Origin: Eledone cirrhosa
Lineage: Eukaryota
Direction: 5' to 3'
Assembly (NCBI GenBank): GCA_964016885.1
Contig: OZ024749.1
Coordinates: 35,836,001-35,900,000 of the forward strand
DNA: 64,000 nt
Positions 40,404 to 54,403 of the stretch are shown here, piece after piece (within the stretch, counting starts at the first letter, position 1; the number at the start of each line of letters is the position of its first letter). The position numbers and the translations under genes were made by a program. The notes beneath the pieces were generated by a model. It saw only the letters and a list, made by a program, of their open reading frames with translations, was not told the DNA's origin and searched no databases.

Positions 40404-40824
40404 AGTGGCTGCCAACTCATTTTCGAGTACGGCCACTACTTTATATCCATGTAGGAGAACCCCTACCGATGCGCTGAACGAATGTGACTTTTTAGTCCAG
40501 CCAGCGACTTGAAAACTCTGGTACAAACACTACACTTGTGACAATTATTGACACATAGTGCTGGGCCCATGGTACTTGTGATGACAAGTGCAGAGAGATC
40601 TCCAGATATAAAGCAATGCCTGTGCCGTGAAGCTTTTATAGTGAGCAAAAGCACTGCACAAAGCCAGTCCCACTCTCTTAACCAAGATGATATTTACCAA
40701 AAAGAACAAGTCAACATCATTGGATACCATCAGAGTTGCAGGTGTTATATCAGAGTTTTCCTTCTCCTAGATTTCTGCCTTGACAAAGGCTAAGGGGTCA
40801 TCTCTCCCAGTGATTTTGGATGGT
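40404..40824 (-). mobile_element. Short RTE-derived element retaining a C2H2 zinc finger, embedded in (TACA)n
   Basis: CSVCTRVFKSLAGLKSHIRSAHR*, then a 3' hairpin GTGGC...GCCAC and a (TATG)n tail. The 5' part contains CTAGGAGAAGGAAAACTCTGA, resembling RTE 5' UTRs. Confidence 0.6.
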
Positions 40825-40954
40825 CATACATACATACATACATACATGTGTGTGTGTGTGTACGTGTGTGTGTATACATACATATATATAGATATAATAG
40901 AATGTTGTAGTTTCTTTGAAGCATTGTGTATTATATATAAGGAAACAAGCACCA

Positions 40955-41883
40955 CCAAACTCTGGGAGGGCTCTGTAGAAACAGTAGACAGCTTCTGCTA
41001 CCTAGGTGACCAAATTAGCAGCGGGGGTTGGTGTTCGGAAAGTACAATAACTAGGGTAAGAACAGGATGGAAGAAATTCAGGGAGCTACTGCCACTGCTA
41101 GCTGAAAAAGGCTTTTCCCTCAAAATGAAAGGCAGACTGTATGATGCGTGTATACGAACAGCAGTGTTACATGGAAGTGAAACCTCGGCGCTGTCTGTAG
41201 AAGACTTGCGCAGATTAGAAAGAAACGAAACTTGTATGCTCCGATGGATGTGTAATAGTAATATATGCAAACGGCAAAGTATAAACGAATTGAGAGAGAG
41301 ACTGAGCATAAGAGGAATCAAATGCTTTGTGCAGGAGAGGAGGTTACGTTGGTATGGACATGTGATGCATATGAAGGATGACAGCTGCATAAAAAGGTGC
41401 AGAGCACTAGAAGTCCATGGAAGCCGCGGAGTGGGGGAGACCCAAGAAGACCTGGGATGAGGTGATAAAGGCCGACCTTACCCAATTGCACCTTTCAAGG
41501 GCAATGACACACGACCGTGATCTCTGGCGTCATGCAGAAATACAGAAGACCCGACTCCCGACAGGAACAAGCCGAAGCTGAAGCATATAAACAATATGCC
41601 CCCACCCCCTCCTACTGCAAAGTGGTCGTGGAGGTGCCACGGCAAATAGCACCCAGCCCACACTGTAAAGTGGATGCATAGGCGCCACAGAAAAAAAGCA
41701 CCCAGCACTCACTGTAAATGAGGTTGGTGTTAGGAAGGGCTACCAGCTGTAGAAATCAAGCCAGAATCAGTTCCCATATGAGCAAGGAATGGTCAGCTGA
41801 CCGGCTACTGCCCACAACAGGACAACCCGTCTAACCCATGCTAGCGTGGAAGAACCGACGTAAAACGGTGATGATGATGATGA
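40955..41883 (+). mobile_element. RTE-clade LINE 3' portion (RT C-terminus) plus 3' repeat module and (ATG)n tail
   Basis: VDSFCYLGDQI...GWKKFRELLPLL...KGRLYDACIRTAVLHGSET...ERRLRWYGHV. Frameshift near 41435. Confidence 0.92.
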
Positions 41884-42359
41884 TATATGTGTGTGTATAT
41901 GCATATATATATGTATACATTATACATATGTATATTTAAATATACACACACACACACACACTCACATACATATATATATAGCAATGCCATTTTTGGTCAC
42001 ATGGTATACCAGTTTCTCTTTCACTCCATTACATTGTCAACTTGGTACCATGCTCTGATGATTTCTTCACATTACATGACTACACACACAACCATAGACA
42101 CAAATGACAGCTATTCAATGGAAGAAAATATTCACTACTCCATTTCTTTCTTGGGTTTTGTAATGTCTTCTAATACCACCAGGCTTTCATTTCATCCTTC
42201 ATTAATTTTAGAATTATTAGCTATGAGCTCCACCTTCTTTGCTATGAGTTTGTCCTCCTTTCTTGTCTTCTCTCCTCTGTTTCTTAACGATAGCTATAAT
42301 TAATGACTTGGGAGCATTCATAAGTTCTCTGCCATTATTTCATCAATGTCATTGGACAC

Positions 42360-44410
42360 CCTCTTCTCTCTTCATTAGATATCTATATATCTATATCTCT
42401 GACAACTTCTTCTCTCTTCATTAGATATCTATATATCTATGTCTCTGTCAACTTCTCTCTTCAGTACATATCTATATTTCTATAGCCCTAACAACTTCTC
42501 CTCTCTTCATTAGATATCTATATATCTATATCTCTGACATCTCTCTTCATTAGATATCTATATATCTATATCTCTGACATCTTCTTCTCTCTTCGTTAGA
42601 TATCTATATATCTATATCTCTGACATCTTCTCTCTTCATTAGATATCTATATATCTATATCTCTGACATCTTCTTCTCTCTTCGTTAGATATCTATATAT
42701 CTATATCTCTGACATCTTCTCTCTTCATTAGATATCTATATATCTATATCTCTGACATCTTCTTCTCTCTTCGTTAGATATCTATATATCTATATCTCTG
42801 ACATCTTCTCTCTTCATTAGATATCTATATATCTATATCTCTGACATCCCTCTTCATTAGATATCTATATATCTATATCTTTGACATCTTCTCTCATCAT
42901 TAATATCTATATATCTATATCTCTGACATCTTTCTTCATTAGATATCTATATATCTATATCTCTGACATCTTCTTCTCTCTTCATTAGATATCTATATAT
43001 CTATATCTCTGACATCTTCTCCTCTCTTCATTAGATATCTATATATCTATATCTCTGACATGCCTCTTCATTAGATATCTATATATCTAATTCTCTGACA
43101 ACCTCTTCTCTCTTCGTTAGATATCTATATATCTATATCTCTGACATCATCTTCTCTCTTCGTTAGATATCTATATATCTCTGACAACTTCTTCTCTCAT
43201 CATTAATATCTATATATCTATATCTCTGACATCTTCTTCTCTCTTCATTAGATATCTATATATCTATATCTCTGACATCTTCTCTCATCATTAATATCTA
43301 TATATCTGACATCTTTCTTCATTAGATATCTATATATCTATATCTCTGACATCTTCACCTCTCTTCATTAGATATCTATATATTTATATCTCTGACAACT
43401 TCTTCTCTCTTCATTAGATATCTATATATCTATATCTCTGACATCTTTCTTCATTAGATATCTATATATCTATATCTCTGACATCTTTCTTCATTAGATA
43501 TCTATATATCTATATCTCTCACATCTTCTCTCTTCATTAGATATCTATATATCTATATCTCTCACATCTTCTTCTCTCTTCATTAGATATCTATATATCT
43601 ATATCTCTGACATCCCTCTTCATTAGATATCTATATATCTATATCTCTGACATCTTGTCTCTTCATTAGATATTTTTTTTTTTAACGATCGACTTTCGTC
43701 AAATCGGACCGAGGGAACAATGTTTCCGTTGGTCTTTCCAATTGCTAGTACTATCTATCGGTCGCAACTCCAGGTAGAAGGAGCAACGTGAAATAAAGTG
43801 TCTTGCTCAAGGACATAACGCAACGCCAGGTCCAGGAATCGAACTCGCAACCTTACGATTGCGAATCCAATTCTCTAACCACTCCGCCACACGCCTTCAC
43901 CTTCATTAGATATCTATATATTTATATCTCTGACATCTTCTCCTCTCTTCATTAGATATCTATATATCTATATCTCTGACATCTTTCTTCATTAGATATC
44001 TATATATCTATATCTCTGACATCTTCTTCTCTCTTCATTAGATATCTATATATCTATATCTCTGACAACTTCTTCTCTCTTCATTAGATATCTATATATC
44101 TATATCTCTGACATCTTTCTTCATTAGATATCTATATATCTATATCTCTGACATCTTCTCCTCTCTTCATTAGATATCTATATATCTATATCTCTGAGAT
44201 CTTTCTTCATTAGATATCTATATATCTATATCTCTGACATCTTCTTCTCTCTTCATTAGATATCTATATATCTATATCTCTGACAACTTCTTCTCTCTTC
44301 ATTAGATATCTATATATCTATATCTCTGACATCCCTCTTCATTAGATATCTATATATCTATATCTCTGACATGTCCTCTCTTCAATACACATCTATATAT
44401 CTATATCTTT
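42360..44410. repeat. About 40-47-bp minisatellite
   Basis: Unit CTCTTCATTAGATATCTATATATCTATATCTCTGACATC with a variable CT linker. Confidence 0.95.
43674..43900 (-). mobile_element. Young CORE-like SINE with poly(A) tail and 13-bp TSD, inside a satellite
   Basis: A box TGGCGGAGTGG, B box GAGTTCGATTCC, CORE-like segment, CpG-rich, oligo(A) tail. TSD CTTCATTAGATAT at 43661-43673 and 43901-43913. Confidence 0.9.
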
Positions 44411-44670
44411 GATACCTCCTCTTTTCATTACATATCTCTATTTCTATGTCCCTAGCAAACCATTCTCTCTTCATTGCATATTTATATGTATATGTCTCTG
44501 ATACCCCATTCTCCCTTCATTACATATCTATAGCCCTAGTAAGCCATCTTCTCTTCATTACATATCTATATTTCTATGTCTTTGATATCTCCTTTTCTCT
44601 TCATTATATAAAGTGTATTTTTATTAGAAATCGGATCATCAAAAGGGTTAATATTTGTACCACCACAGCT

Positions 44671-44892
44671 TTAACCCTTTAGCATTTAAACCAGCTGTAT
44701 CCAGCCAAAATTCTCCCACCTCTTTCTGTTCAAACTGGCTGTAGCTGATCACTCATGCTTCTGTTAAGGTATTGTTCTCAAAATAAATAATATCAAAATC
44801 TTATAGATTATATGAGATAATTATCTGAGGTAAAGCCTTTACTGCAAAAATACAATAGTAAATATAGAGAAATGTAAATGCTAAAGGGTTAA
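44671..44892. mobile_element. piggyBac-like MITE1 (TTAA TSD)
   Basis: TTAA-CCCTTTAGCATTTA ... TAAATGCTAAAGGG-TTAA. Confidence 0.9.
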
Positions 44893-45635
44893 AATATATA
44901 CCCTGCTGTGAAAAAGAACAAATGAAAAGCACAGGCTATGATTGTTGTTCTTTTTTGTGGGTTTGTTTTTGTGGTGGGGGCAGTACAATACAAATTAGAA
45001 ATACAGGAGTGAAAACTAAACTAAAATAAAGAAAAAAAACAACAAAACAGTTTCTACTTTTACTTTATATTTCATGATATTTTGAGTTTAGGAGCATTTT
45101 TCAAAGGGGAAAAATGGAGTGAATTTCTTTTTTGCTAGTGACAACTCAACCATGAAATTATTGTAGAAAGTGTTGTTTGTTCACTCAAGGGGAACTGTGG
45201 TAAGCAATATTATGTATTACTCTAGGGCAAAACACATTCCATCTAATATTATTTGAATTTATGACTGTATGGTCAATAGGAAAGCACCTTTGAAATGGTG
45301 TCCATTCTACCTTCTCCTCCTGCTCATCACTACCATCACCACAACCCCCATCATCATCATTTTTCTGCTTTAGCAATCTCATTTCATTCGCTGCCTCTTA
45401 CCCTTTCTATCTCTCTCTCTTTCTCTCTCGCTCTCTCTCAAATTTCTGTCTCCCCCTCTTGGTTGCTACATATGATGTACTCATTTATGTATAGACATAT
45501 ATATATGGACATACTCTTGAGCACAACTATGTATATATATATATACACACACACATAACACAGAAACACAATTACTCAGAGACATTCTCAAATATGCACT
45601 AACTCATAGAGAAATGTATGTGTGTGTATATATAC

Positions 45636-45694
<59 letters not shown>

Positions 45695-45724
45695 TAGACT
45701 TAAGCATAAATAAAACTCACACAC

Positions 45725-45759
<35 letters not shown>

Positions 45760-46204
45760 TCTATAAATTACATACATACGCACATACACAGACAGACAAA
45801 GACATATGTATACATTATATATATACATATACAGACACATACACACACACACACAGATAGTGAGATAGAAAGACATGTGTAGATATTTTCACAGATACAC
45901 ACACATTCGGAAATAGTGAAAGAGAAAGATATATGTATAATTTATATTTTTACAGATACAGACACTCTCAGAGATTGGGAGAGAGAAAGATATATGTATA
46001 AGTTATATTTATGGCAAATTAGTGCTATTAATAATCCATAAAAAATGGTGTTCCAAGTCTGTTTAGTAGAGTATAATTTGAGAGAATATTCATCTTGATG
46101 GAGGAGGTGAATAAATAGGTTTATAAATGGTAACAGTTGTGTTATAGTGTCATGAAATACCGAATAATTGACAACAGTCCGTTTCCTTACTAATACACTC
46201 TGCA

Positions 46205-46241
<37 letters not shown>

Positions 46242-46539
46242 AAAAGTATAATACCTAACAATCTAGCTGCTTGTTATTTCTTGTTCTCAATAATTTATCA
46301 ACATTTATTCTGGTTTGGCACAGTACACAGTGTATATTATATTCTGTTTGACTTTCTCAGCAGTTTGAGTAAAATTTGTTCTATCTTGTCAAGATAGGAG
46401 GTTTTATTGTTGGCAAAGAAAAGCTCTATTAAAGGGAGATAAATTGTGCAATCACCTAGAGACCTTGTCAATACAAGTAAAAGGTGGTGATGATGGTGGT
46501 GGTGGGAGAATTGATAAGAGATTGAAGCAGCCTTCTTGT

Positions 46540-46602
46540 TGCATTCTAAGGAAGACATGGGCTGAAGTGATGAGAACTGATCTGAAATCACTGAACCTCA
46601 AA
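46540..46602 (+). mobile_element. Small RTE fragment
   Basis: RKTWAEVMRTDLKSLNL matches the copy near 6890. Confidence 0.6.
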
Positions 46603-46611
46603 GATGTGATT

Positions 46612-46701
46612 CTGGGTTCGGTCCTGCTATATTGGGTTGACTAATTGGTTGTGAGTGGAATTTGGTAAATGGAAACTGCAGAAGCCTGTTCTATATGTGT
46701 A

Positions 46702-46765
<64 letters not shown>

Positions 46766-46940
46766 ATGTGTGTGTACATGCTTGTGTGCATGTGTGTTTA
46801 TGTTTGAGTGTGTGTTTGTGTTTATGCCCCGTATCTTAGTGGTACAACAAAAAATGAAATTGATGAAAATAAGTACCAAGGCACTGCCTCAGCATGGCCA
46901 CAGTCTAATGACTAAAACCAATAAAAGAATAACAGAAAGA
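46612..46940 (+). mobile_element. Degenerate SINE with internal (TG)n
   Basis: Tail CTCAGCATGGCCACAGTCTAATGACTAAAAC resembles fragments at about 21120-21170 and 23955-24008. GAATTTGGTA motif is shared with 20520-20660. Confidence 0.55.
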
Positions 46941-47201
46941 ATATGAATAATATCAAAATCGTTTACAATTAACCTTCAGAGGAATCTGTTATGGTAAAAT
47001 GAGAAATTAAATCATTGAGCAGAACTTAATAACTGATACCAATAAAGATTCCACCATCTTCTAGCAGTTAGTCGGCGTATACTTTCATTATAATTATTTA
47101 ATTAGACACAGAGAGCAACTCACAAAACCTCAAGTGCTGACAGGCCATTACATGATTTATGGCACTACAAGACAAAGTCTGGCTTTAAAAAACAAAACTA
47201 A

Positions 47202-47239
<38 letters not shown>

Positions 47240-47491
47240 TAACAATAACAATAACAAATCAATAGTATTTTCTTGGAATCAGTAAAGTTGCCTGATTATT
47301 CCACTATATTTACTTGATTCTCAGCAAAAGTAAATGAATGGCAACCAATTAGTTACCACTGTCTGAATAAGAAATATAAAACAATATTAGCTATTGTTTC
47401 ACCATCGTTAGTGTCCTCATCATCTTTATCATCACCACAGTTATTATCATTATTGTTGATGTTGTTATTACTTATGTAGTTACAATCTATA

Positions 47492-47898
47492 AAATAGTAG
47501 TGCTGGTGTCATGATAAAATACACCCAGTACACTCTGTAAAGTAGTAGTACTGCTGTCATGATAAAATACACCCAGTACGCTCTATAAAATAGTAGTGCT
47601 GGTGTCATGATAAAATATACACAGTATACTCTGTAAAGTAGTAGTGCTGGTCCCACGATAAAATACACCCAGTACACTCTGTAAAATAGTAGTGCTGGTT
47701 TCATGATAAAATATACACAGTATACTCTGTAAAGTAGTAGTGCTGGTCCCACGATAAAATACACCCAGTACACTCTGTAAAATAGTAGTGCTGGTGTCAT
47801 GATAAAATACACGCAGTACACTCTGTAAAATAGTAGTGAGTGCTGGTGTCATGATAATATACACGCAGTACACTCTGTAAAATAGTAGTGCTGGTGCC
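47492..47898. repeat. 48-bp minisatellite, about 8 copies
   Basis: Unit TAGTAGTGCTGGTGTCATGATAAAATACACCCAGTACACTCTGTAAAA. Confidence 0.92.
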
Positions 47899-48005
47899 GC
47901 TGTAAGATGAAGATGATGATAAGGATGATGTTGAAAATAACAATGACGATGAGTATGATAATGACAATGTTAATAATGACTTTATCATAGTACAAGAGGT
48001 AATTT

Positions 48006-48443
48006 CTCTTTAGCATTTAACCCATTTCTTACCAATCTGGCCAAAACCGGCTCTGGTTCTCTGAATTAAAGTCACCCAATTTAAAGGTTTCAACTTTAAA
48101 TCAAAATCTTCCAACATAATTTTATATAAGAACCTTACATTAAGTTACTATCTTAGCAATGAAATAATTAATAATTTTAATGAATCCCTCAAAATTCTTC
48201 ATTAATTAATTGAAATAAAGTGTATTTCATGAGAAATGTGGTTATGAAAGGGTTAAACCGGCCATATCCAGCCAGAATTCTTTCACCTCTTTCTGTTCAA
48301 ACTGGTCATAACTGGTTGCTTGTACTTATTGTTCTCAAAATAAATAATATCAAAATCTCATAGGTTTGATATTATGTGAGATAAAGACATTACCATGAAA
48401 ATACAATAGTATATATAGAGTAATATAAATGATAAAGTGTTAA
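48006..48443. mobile_element. MITE1 with MITE2 nested at its internal TTAA
   Basis: MITE2 is bounded by TTAA at 48017-48020 and 48253-48256. MITE1 sequence resumes afterwards. Confidence 0.8.
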
Positions 48444-50064
48444 GGTACAGCAGATCTCAATTAAAACCAATTAATAAAAACTGTTGACACTATGGTAAGG
48501 TATGATTGTCACAACATCACAGTTTCCCTATTTGTAAAACTAGACATTGATAATATAGGTACAATACAACAGCCATTAATTAAAGCTAATTAACTAAGGC
48601 AACAATGTAAATCGAATCTGTATAATTAATTACTGATATGATCTTACATCAGAACTATATCAACATTGATTTTGTACTCTACTAATATTTATTCTGAGAA
48701 AAAAATTATTAAATTGTTAAAATATTTCTTTAAAGATATAAAAGTTTTTAACAGATTCAGACAATTAATTTTTATAACTTTTTGTTTTTTTCATGACTGG
48801 TGTAAAAAGAAAAAAAAATCTCATTACATTTAAATATCAAAAAATTGTAAATATGACCTTAACCTGTAAACAAAACTCTCAGATTGCCTTAACCCATAAA
48901 GAAATCGCCCAGAAAACACTGTAAACCTGCATCAATAACCCCTGCTGAACCAACCTTAGACCTCCAATCTCGATTTTGTAAACCAACCATGTACCGCACC
49001 CCCCATACCATATAGGGAAGACAGATGTTATCAAGCTGCAGCTGTCATATTACATAAAGCTGTTACAACACACAGTAGGTGCAAGCTCCATTCTCACAGG
49101 TGACTCTGTATACTCCCCCCACTCTCTACGTGTTTATATGATCAGCTTGACCTAATATTTTTTTTAACCTTTTGTAAATTATATTCAAAAGACTAAATAT
49201 CTACTATCAAACCTCAGTTCTGAATCTCCATAAATATTTCTCTTTTCTCTCCATATATCCAAACTATTGTCTTAGTTTATTTTTTGTCTTCAAAATCTTT
49301 TTGTCACTTTTAAGACAAGATTTACACTCCAGATTATTATTTCAAGAATTCTGGGTTTTTTCTTTTTCTTCTTAAGAAATTCTTCTTCTGAAGAATATCA
49401 AAATTTAAAAAAAAATGTTTTATTTTTAAGAGACTCTCAAACTTTATTTACCAAAAAATGTCTTTCCTTGTATAATTTCAAGGAATTTATATATTATATT
49501 TATCCTTCTGAAGAATCTACATTTAAAATAAATTATGTTATTCTTGAGAATTTCATACATTTTATTTTTCCAGAAAAACACCATTTATATAAAATGTACA
49601 TTTTATTTATTAACATTTTGTATAAAATATCTATTTTTCCTGAAAAATAACATTTATTATATATACTTTACATTTTTCAAGAAATAACATTATATGAATG
49701 AATATATTTTATTTTTCAAGAAATACCATTTAATGAATATATTTTATTTTTCAAGAAATACCATTTATTATATATAAATTATGTTCCAAGAAAACACTAT
49801 TTATTGAATACATTTTATTTTTCAAGGAAAACACTATTTTTTAAATATTTTTTTTTAAAGATTCATTATATATATATATTTTTGAAAAGATTCATTATAT
49901 TTTTTTTTTCTCCTGTAGAATATTCCAAAAGAAAAACAAACAAAAAATATGTTTATTCTTAAGAGTCTCTTATATTTTATCAAAGAAATGCCATTTCTTA
50001 ACTAACTTTACATTCAATGTTTTTTTTTCCCTGCACTTTACATTCATGTATTTGTTGTTGATGT

Positions 50065-50640
50065 TTTTTTTTGTGGTGGTGGTGGTGGCGATGGTGTTTG
50101 TTATTGATGGTGGTGGTGATGGAGGTTGTGGTGGTGTTTGTTGCTGGTGGTGTTTGTTGTTGATGGTGGTGCTGGAGGTGGTGGTGGTGGTGTTGTTGAT
50201 GGTGGTGTTGATGGTGTTGATGGTGGTGATGGGGGGTGATGGTGGTGGTGGTTTTTGTTGTTGATGTTGGTGGTGGTAGTAGTGGTGTACATGTTGATGC
50301 TGGTGGTGGTGGTGGCAGTAGTAGTATTGCTTCTGTTGTTGATGTTGGCTTTGTTGCTGCTGTTGTTGGTGGTGGTGGTGTTATTGGTGTTGTTGTTGGT
50401 AGTAGTGTTGTTCTTGTTCTTGTCGTTGGCAGTAGTGTTGTTCTTGTTCTTGTCGTTGTTGATGGTGGTAATGATGGTGTTTGTGTTGTTGTTGTTGTTG
50501 TTGCGGGTGATGGTGACAATTTTCATGGTAATGATGGTGATGATAATGGTGATGTTTATGTCAATGGGGATGATGATAATAGTAATGATGGTGGTGATAA
50601 TGATGCTAATGATGATAGTAATGATGCTGATAATGATATT
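50065..50640. repeat. (GGT/GTT/GAT)n compound microsatellite
   Basis: Directly visible. Confidence 0.9.
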
Positions 50641-50958
50641 AGTGTGAGGTGGTGGGTAAGTTCTCAGCACACACACACATCCCATCTCACCACTGACCAA
50701 GTTTATTACTCTGGAGATATCTATTGAAGCACAGTATGTTGTTATCAAGTTAGTTTTTTTCAATCAAGCAATATAGCCCAGTAGCAAATATTATGTCAAG
50801 TTTCCATATGAAAGATCAACAATCTACCTTTTGAAACAGATTTCTAATTTTATACCTGTTACAGTATGTTGTTTAGTTACATCTTTTAATCAGAGATTAA
50901 CTAAATTATAAGTAAAGTTTTCGCATGAAAACTTTACTTATAATTTTGGGAGCATATG

Positions 50959-51390
50959 TTAACCCTTTCCTTACCATATTTCTAATGAAATACACTGCCT
51001 ATGATTTTCAAATAATTTTGATCATAATCAAGAATTTCAAGGGATTTAGTAATATAACTAACTTTCTCATCCTTAAGCTGCTGTTTGGAACATAACTTAA
51101 TAAAGGATTTTACATAAAATTATAATCGAAGATTTTTGATAAATATAATATGGAAGTTTGTTAGATGAATATGTTGCCATGTGTATCTGATTTAGAGTAG
51201 GTACACCATATTCCTACTTGTCATAAGGGCATCCAGCTGTGAAACAGAAAGTCTTGTCTAACCCATGACAGCATGGAAACATTGGCGTAAACGCAATGAT
51301 GGTGATAATGATGATAAGCACTTTAAAATAAACAGTTTTGAATCACAGAGCCAGAAGCAGTTTCAGGCGGTTTTGTATCAAAACAGTTAA
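50959..51390. mobile_element. MITE2 interrupted by an RTE-tail repeat
   Basis: TTAACCCTTTCCTTACC start and GTATCAAAACAGTTAA end, with an internal insert ending in (ATG)n near 51315. Confidence 0.7.
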
Positions 51391-52119
51391 TTTTAGATGT
51401 TTACAAATAACTCAAATTTTATCAGATGACAGATTTACTTGGTGATGTACATGATCATAAATCTATGGATTTCTTGCTCACAACTTAATTGTAATTTTAT
51501 GACTGCATTTGCATTTTTTTTATTTTGCTATTGCTGGAAGAAGGGGTTATGCGCATGGGATTGATATGGTTAGTGTTTAGCTTAAATTGTTACTGCATGT
51601 CGACTCAGAAAAGATGTATTGGGAAGAGAGAATTCTAGAGGAAAAAAGTTTTTCAATGAATGACTGGACGTAGAGGTTAGTGGAAGGTCTGGTATGTTTG
51701 ACACAATATGGGTGGTGAGAGGAGGAGATAAGTGTGGAAGTAACTAAGTAAGGTAAAAATGACAGAGTGGATGCAGAAATGCCTGAGTGAAGGTAGAGGC
51801 AGAAATGATTGAGTGAAGGCATAAATGACTGAGTAGGGACAGAAACAACTGAACGGAGACAGAAATGATTGAGTGGAAGCAGAAATAACTGAGTAGATAT
51901 AGAAATTCCTGACCGAAGGAAAAAATGACTGTGTGAAGGCTTAAATGACTGAGTGGAAGCAGAAATGACTGAGTGGAGGCAGAAATGAGTGAGTGGAGGC
52001 ATAAGTAAGATAATGACTGAAGAAAAATTTAGAAAAAAAAGAATATGGAACAAAATTCCCAAAAAAAAATAGCTGCAAAATGTGATTTAAAAAACACAGA
52101 AGAGAAGTGAGGAAGACAG

Positions 52120-52528
52120 GGGAAATATTTACCCCAGTATTGGACTGGTATTTTATTTATCGAGCTCAAAAAGAAGAAAGGGCAAAACTGACCATGGCTC
52201 AATTTGAACTCTAAGTGTAAAAAACTGGAGAAGAATAATGTGAAACATATTATCCAATGTCCTAATGACCCTGCCAATTTACTATACAATAATTGTTTCT
52301 ACTTTATGCACAAGGCCAGAAATTTGAAGGGGAGAGGAAAGTCGATTAAATCGACCCCAGTTCATTACTGGTGCTTTATGTTATCGACCCTGTAAGGATG
52401 AAAGGCAAAGCTAACCTCAGTGGCATTTGAACTCAGAATGTAAAGGGCCATAACTCTCTGCTGCAAAGCATGTTGTCCGACTCTCTACCGATACTGCTAA
52501 TCCACCGCCCTAGTTTACTATACAATAA
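52120..52528 (-). mobile_element. Old SINE A (52120-52277) plus a younger copy with 15-bp TSD
   Basis: TTTACTATACAATAA at 52278-52292 and 52514-52528. Confidence 0.85.
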
Positions 52529-53189
52529 CAATATACATTGAAATAAATATATATAGGTTTGTTGACTATAATAAAAATAAAGGAATGGACCTCAGGCGGT
52601 GGCAACGATGAACATTCCAGTTGGTCATGCTTGGGAAATTAACATGCATGTGGCTGAGGATTCCAAAGATATATGCACTCTGAGAAGGTCAAAGTGACAC
52701 CCTGTGCAACAAGACTACCTTATCAAATTACAGGTATTCTCTATCCAATAAACTTTCATAGCTTCCATCTCCCCAATTTCACTCATAAAGCATGGGTCGA
52801 CATAAAATTAGAGTAAATCACATTTGTCCAAAATGCAATTCAATAAATCAACCCTGGGACCTGTTGATTGCAGAGGGAACATCTTAATCAATCTTATTGT
52901 GTCCACAATGACAATGCATACACACAGACAAACAAGCACATACACACACATACAAATATATACAAACACATGCACATATACACACACACATACAAATAAA
53001 CACAGACACGCACACACAAAGAAGCACAAAGATATATGTGCATACAAATATATGCATACAGAGACACACAGACACACACGCACCCAAACAAACACACACA
53101 CACAAATATCCACATACAGGAAAATAAGTAGACACACATGCACACACAAACATCCACATACACGAAGATAAATAAGCACACACACACAC

Positions 53190-53368
53190 ACGTATCCACA
53201 CACAGACAGAAGCTTCCACACACATACACACACACATACATACGCATACACACACAAACAGAAGCTTCCACACACACGTATCCGCACACAGACAGAAGCT
53301 TCCACACACGTATCCACACACAGACAGAAGTTTCCACACACGTATCTACACACAGACAGAAGCTTCCA

Positions 53369-53410
<42 letters not shown>

Positions 53411-53662
53411 TACGCATACACACACAAACAGAAGCTTCCACACACACGTATCTACACACAGACAGAAGCTTCCACACATACACACACACACACACACACA
53501 TACATACGCATACACACAAAAACAGAAGCTTCCACACACACGTATCTACACACAGACAGAAGCTTCCACACATACACACACACACATACATATGCATACA
53601 CACACAAACAAAAGCTTCCACACACACTCACACACACGTATCCACACACAGACAGAAGCTTC

Positions 53663-53700
<38 letters not shown>

Positions 53701-53770
53701 TATGCATACACACACAAACAGAAGCTTCCACACACACTCACACACACGTATCCACACACAGACAGAAGCA
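53190..53770. repeat. CA-rich minisatellite with CAGAAGCTTCC anchor
   Basis: Anchor recurs about 13 times. Confidence 0.9.
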
Positions 53771-54246
53771 TGTGTTATTAATACATGACTGTGTTATGTA
53801 TTGAGTTAAGTGAAGCAATGCTGGTAAGTAATTCCCAGCTATGGTACATCAATCAATATACAAACACTAAATAAAATGACTGAGACTAGAAAGGAATGAA
53901 TTCATTTATGTAATATTCTGTTGATTACATATATTGATTAGGGAGCTATTAGCCAGGAATCACTTATCAATCAGTTATAAGTAATTGATACACTGTCATT
54001 GTCATTTCTGGGTAAATATTTGAGATATTTGAACAGTGAAATATGTGCTTATATATATGCATTTATATGTATGTATATCTGTATATATCAGTATATATAT
54101 ATGTATATATATATATATATATGTAGGAGGTGAGTTTTATTGTAGCACAATAAAGCAATGCAAATATCGGATAAGAAGCACTCTACAGTTTGTAGGACTG
54201 GAGTATAAATAATATAAGCTCAAAAGATGGTTAAAAGAGTTCCATG

Positions 54247-54317
54247 TATTTTATTATGCGCATTTCAAAAACAAATATCATCATGGGATGATATTTGCGT
54301 TCTCATCAGATAAAATA
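54247..54317 (-). ncRNA. Type I hammerhead ribozyme motif (mirror copy)
   Basis: Reverse complement of 54404-54474 with one substitution at the base of stem II. Confidence 0.8.
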
Positions 54318-54403
54318 GGGAGACATGATATGAAGCTTAAAAAACACTTGCGAGCAGTGACGTGTTGATTTAAGTGTTTTTTAAGCTTCATATCATGTCT
54401 CCC

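Noticed and set aside
40730-40824. HDV-like ribozyme in an RTE 5' UTR
   Set aside because: I could not identify the nested double pseudoknot or the catalytic J4/2 strand by eye.
48880-49150. Unique, compositionally balanced segment with a CAGCTG E-box; possible enhancer
   Set aside because: Single short motifs are expected by chance and no conservation data are available.
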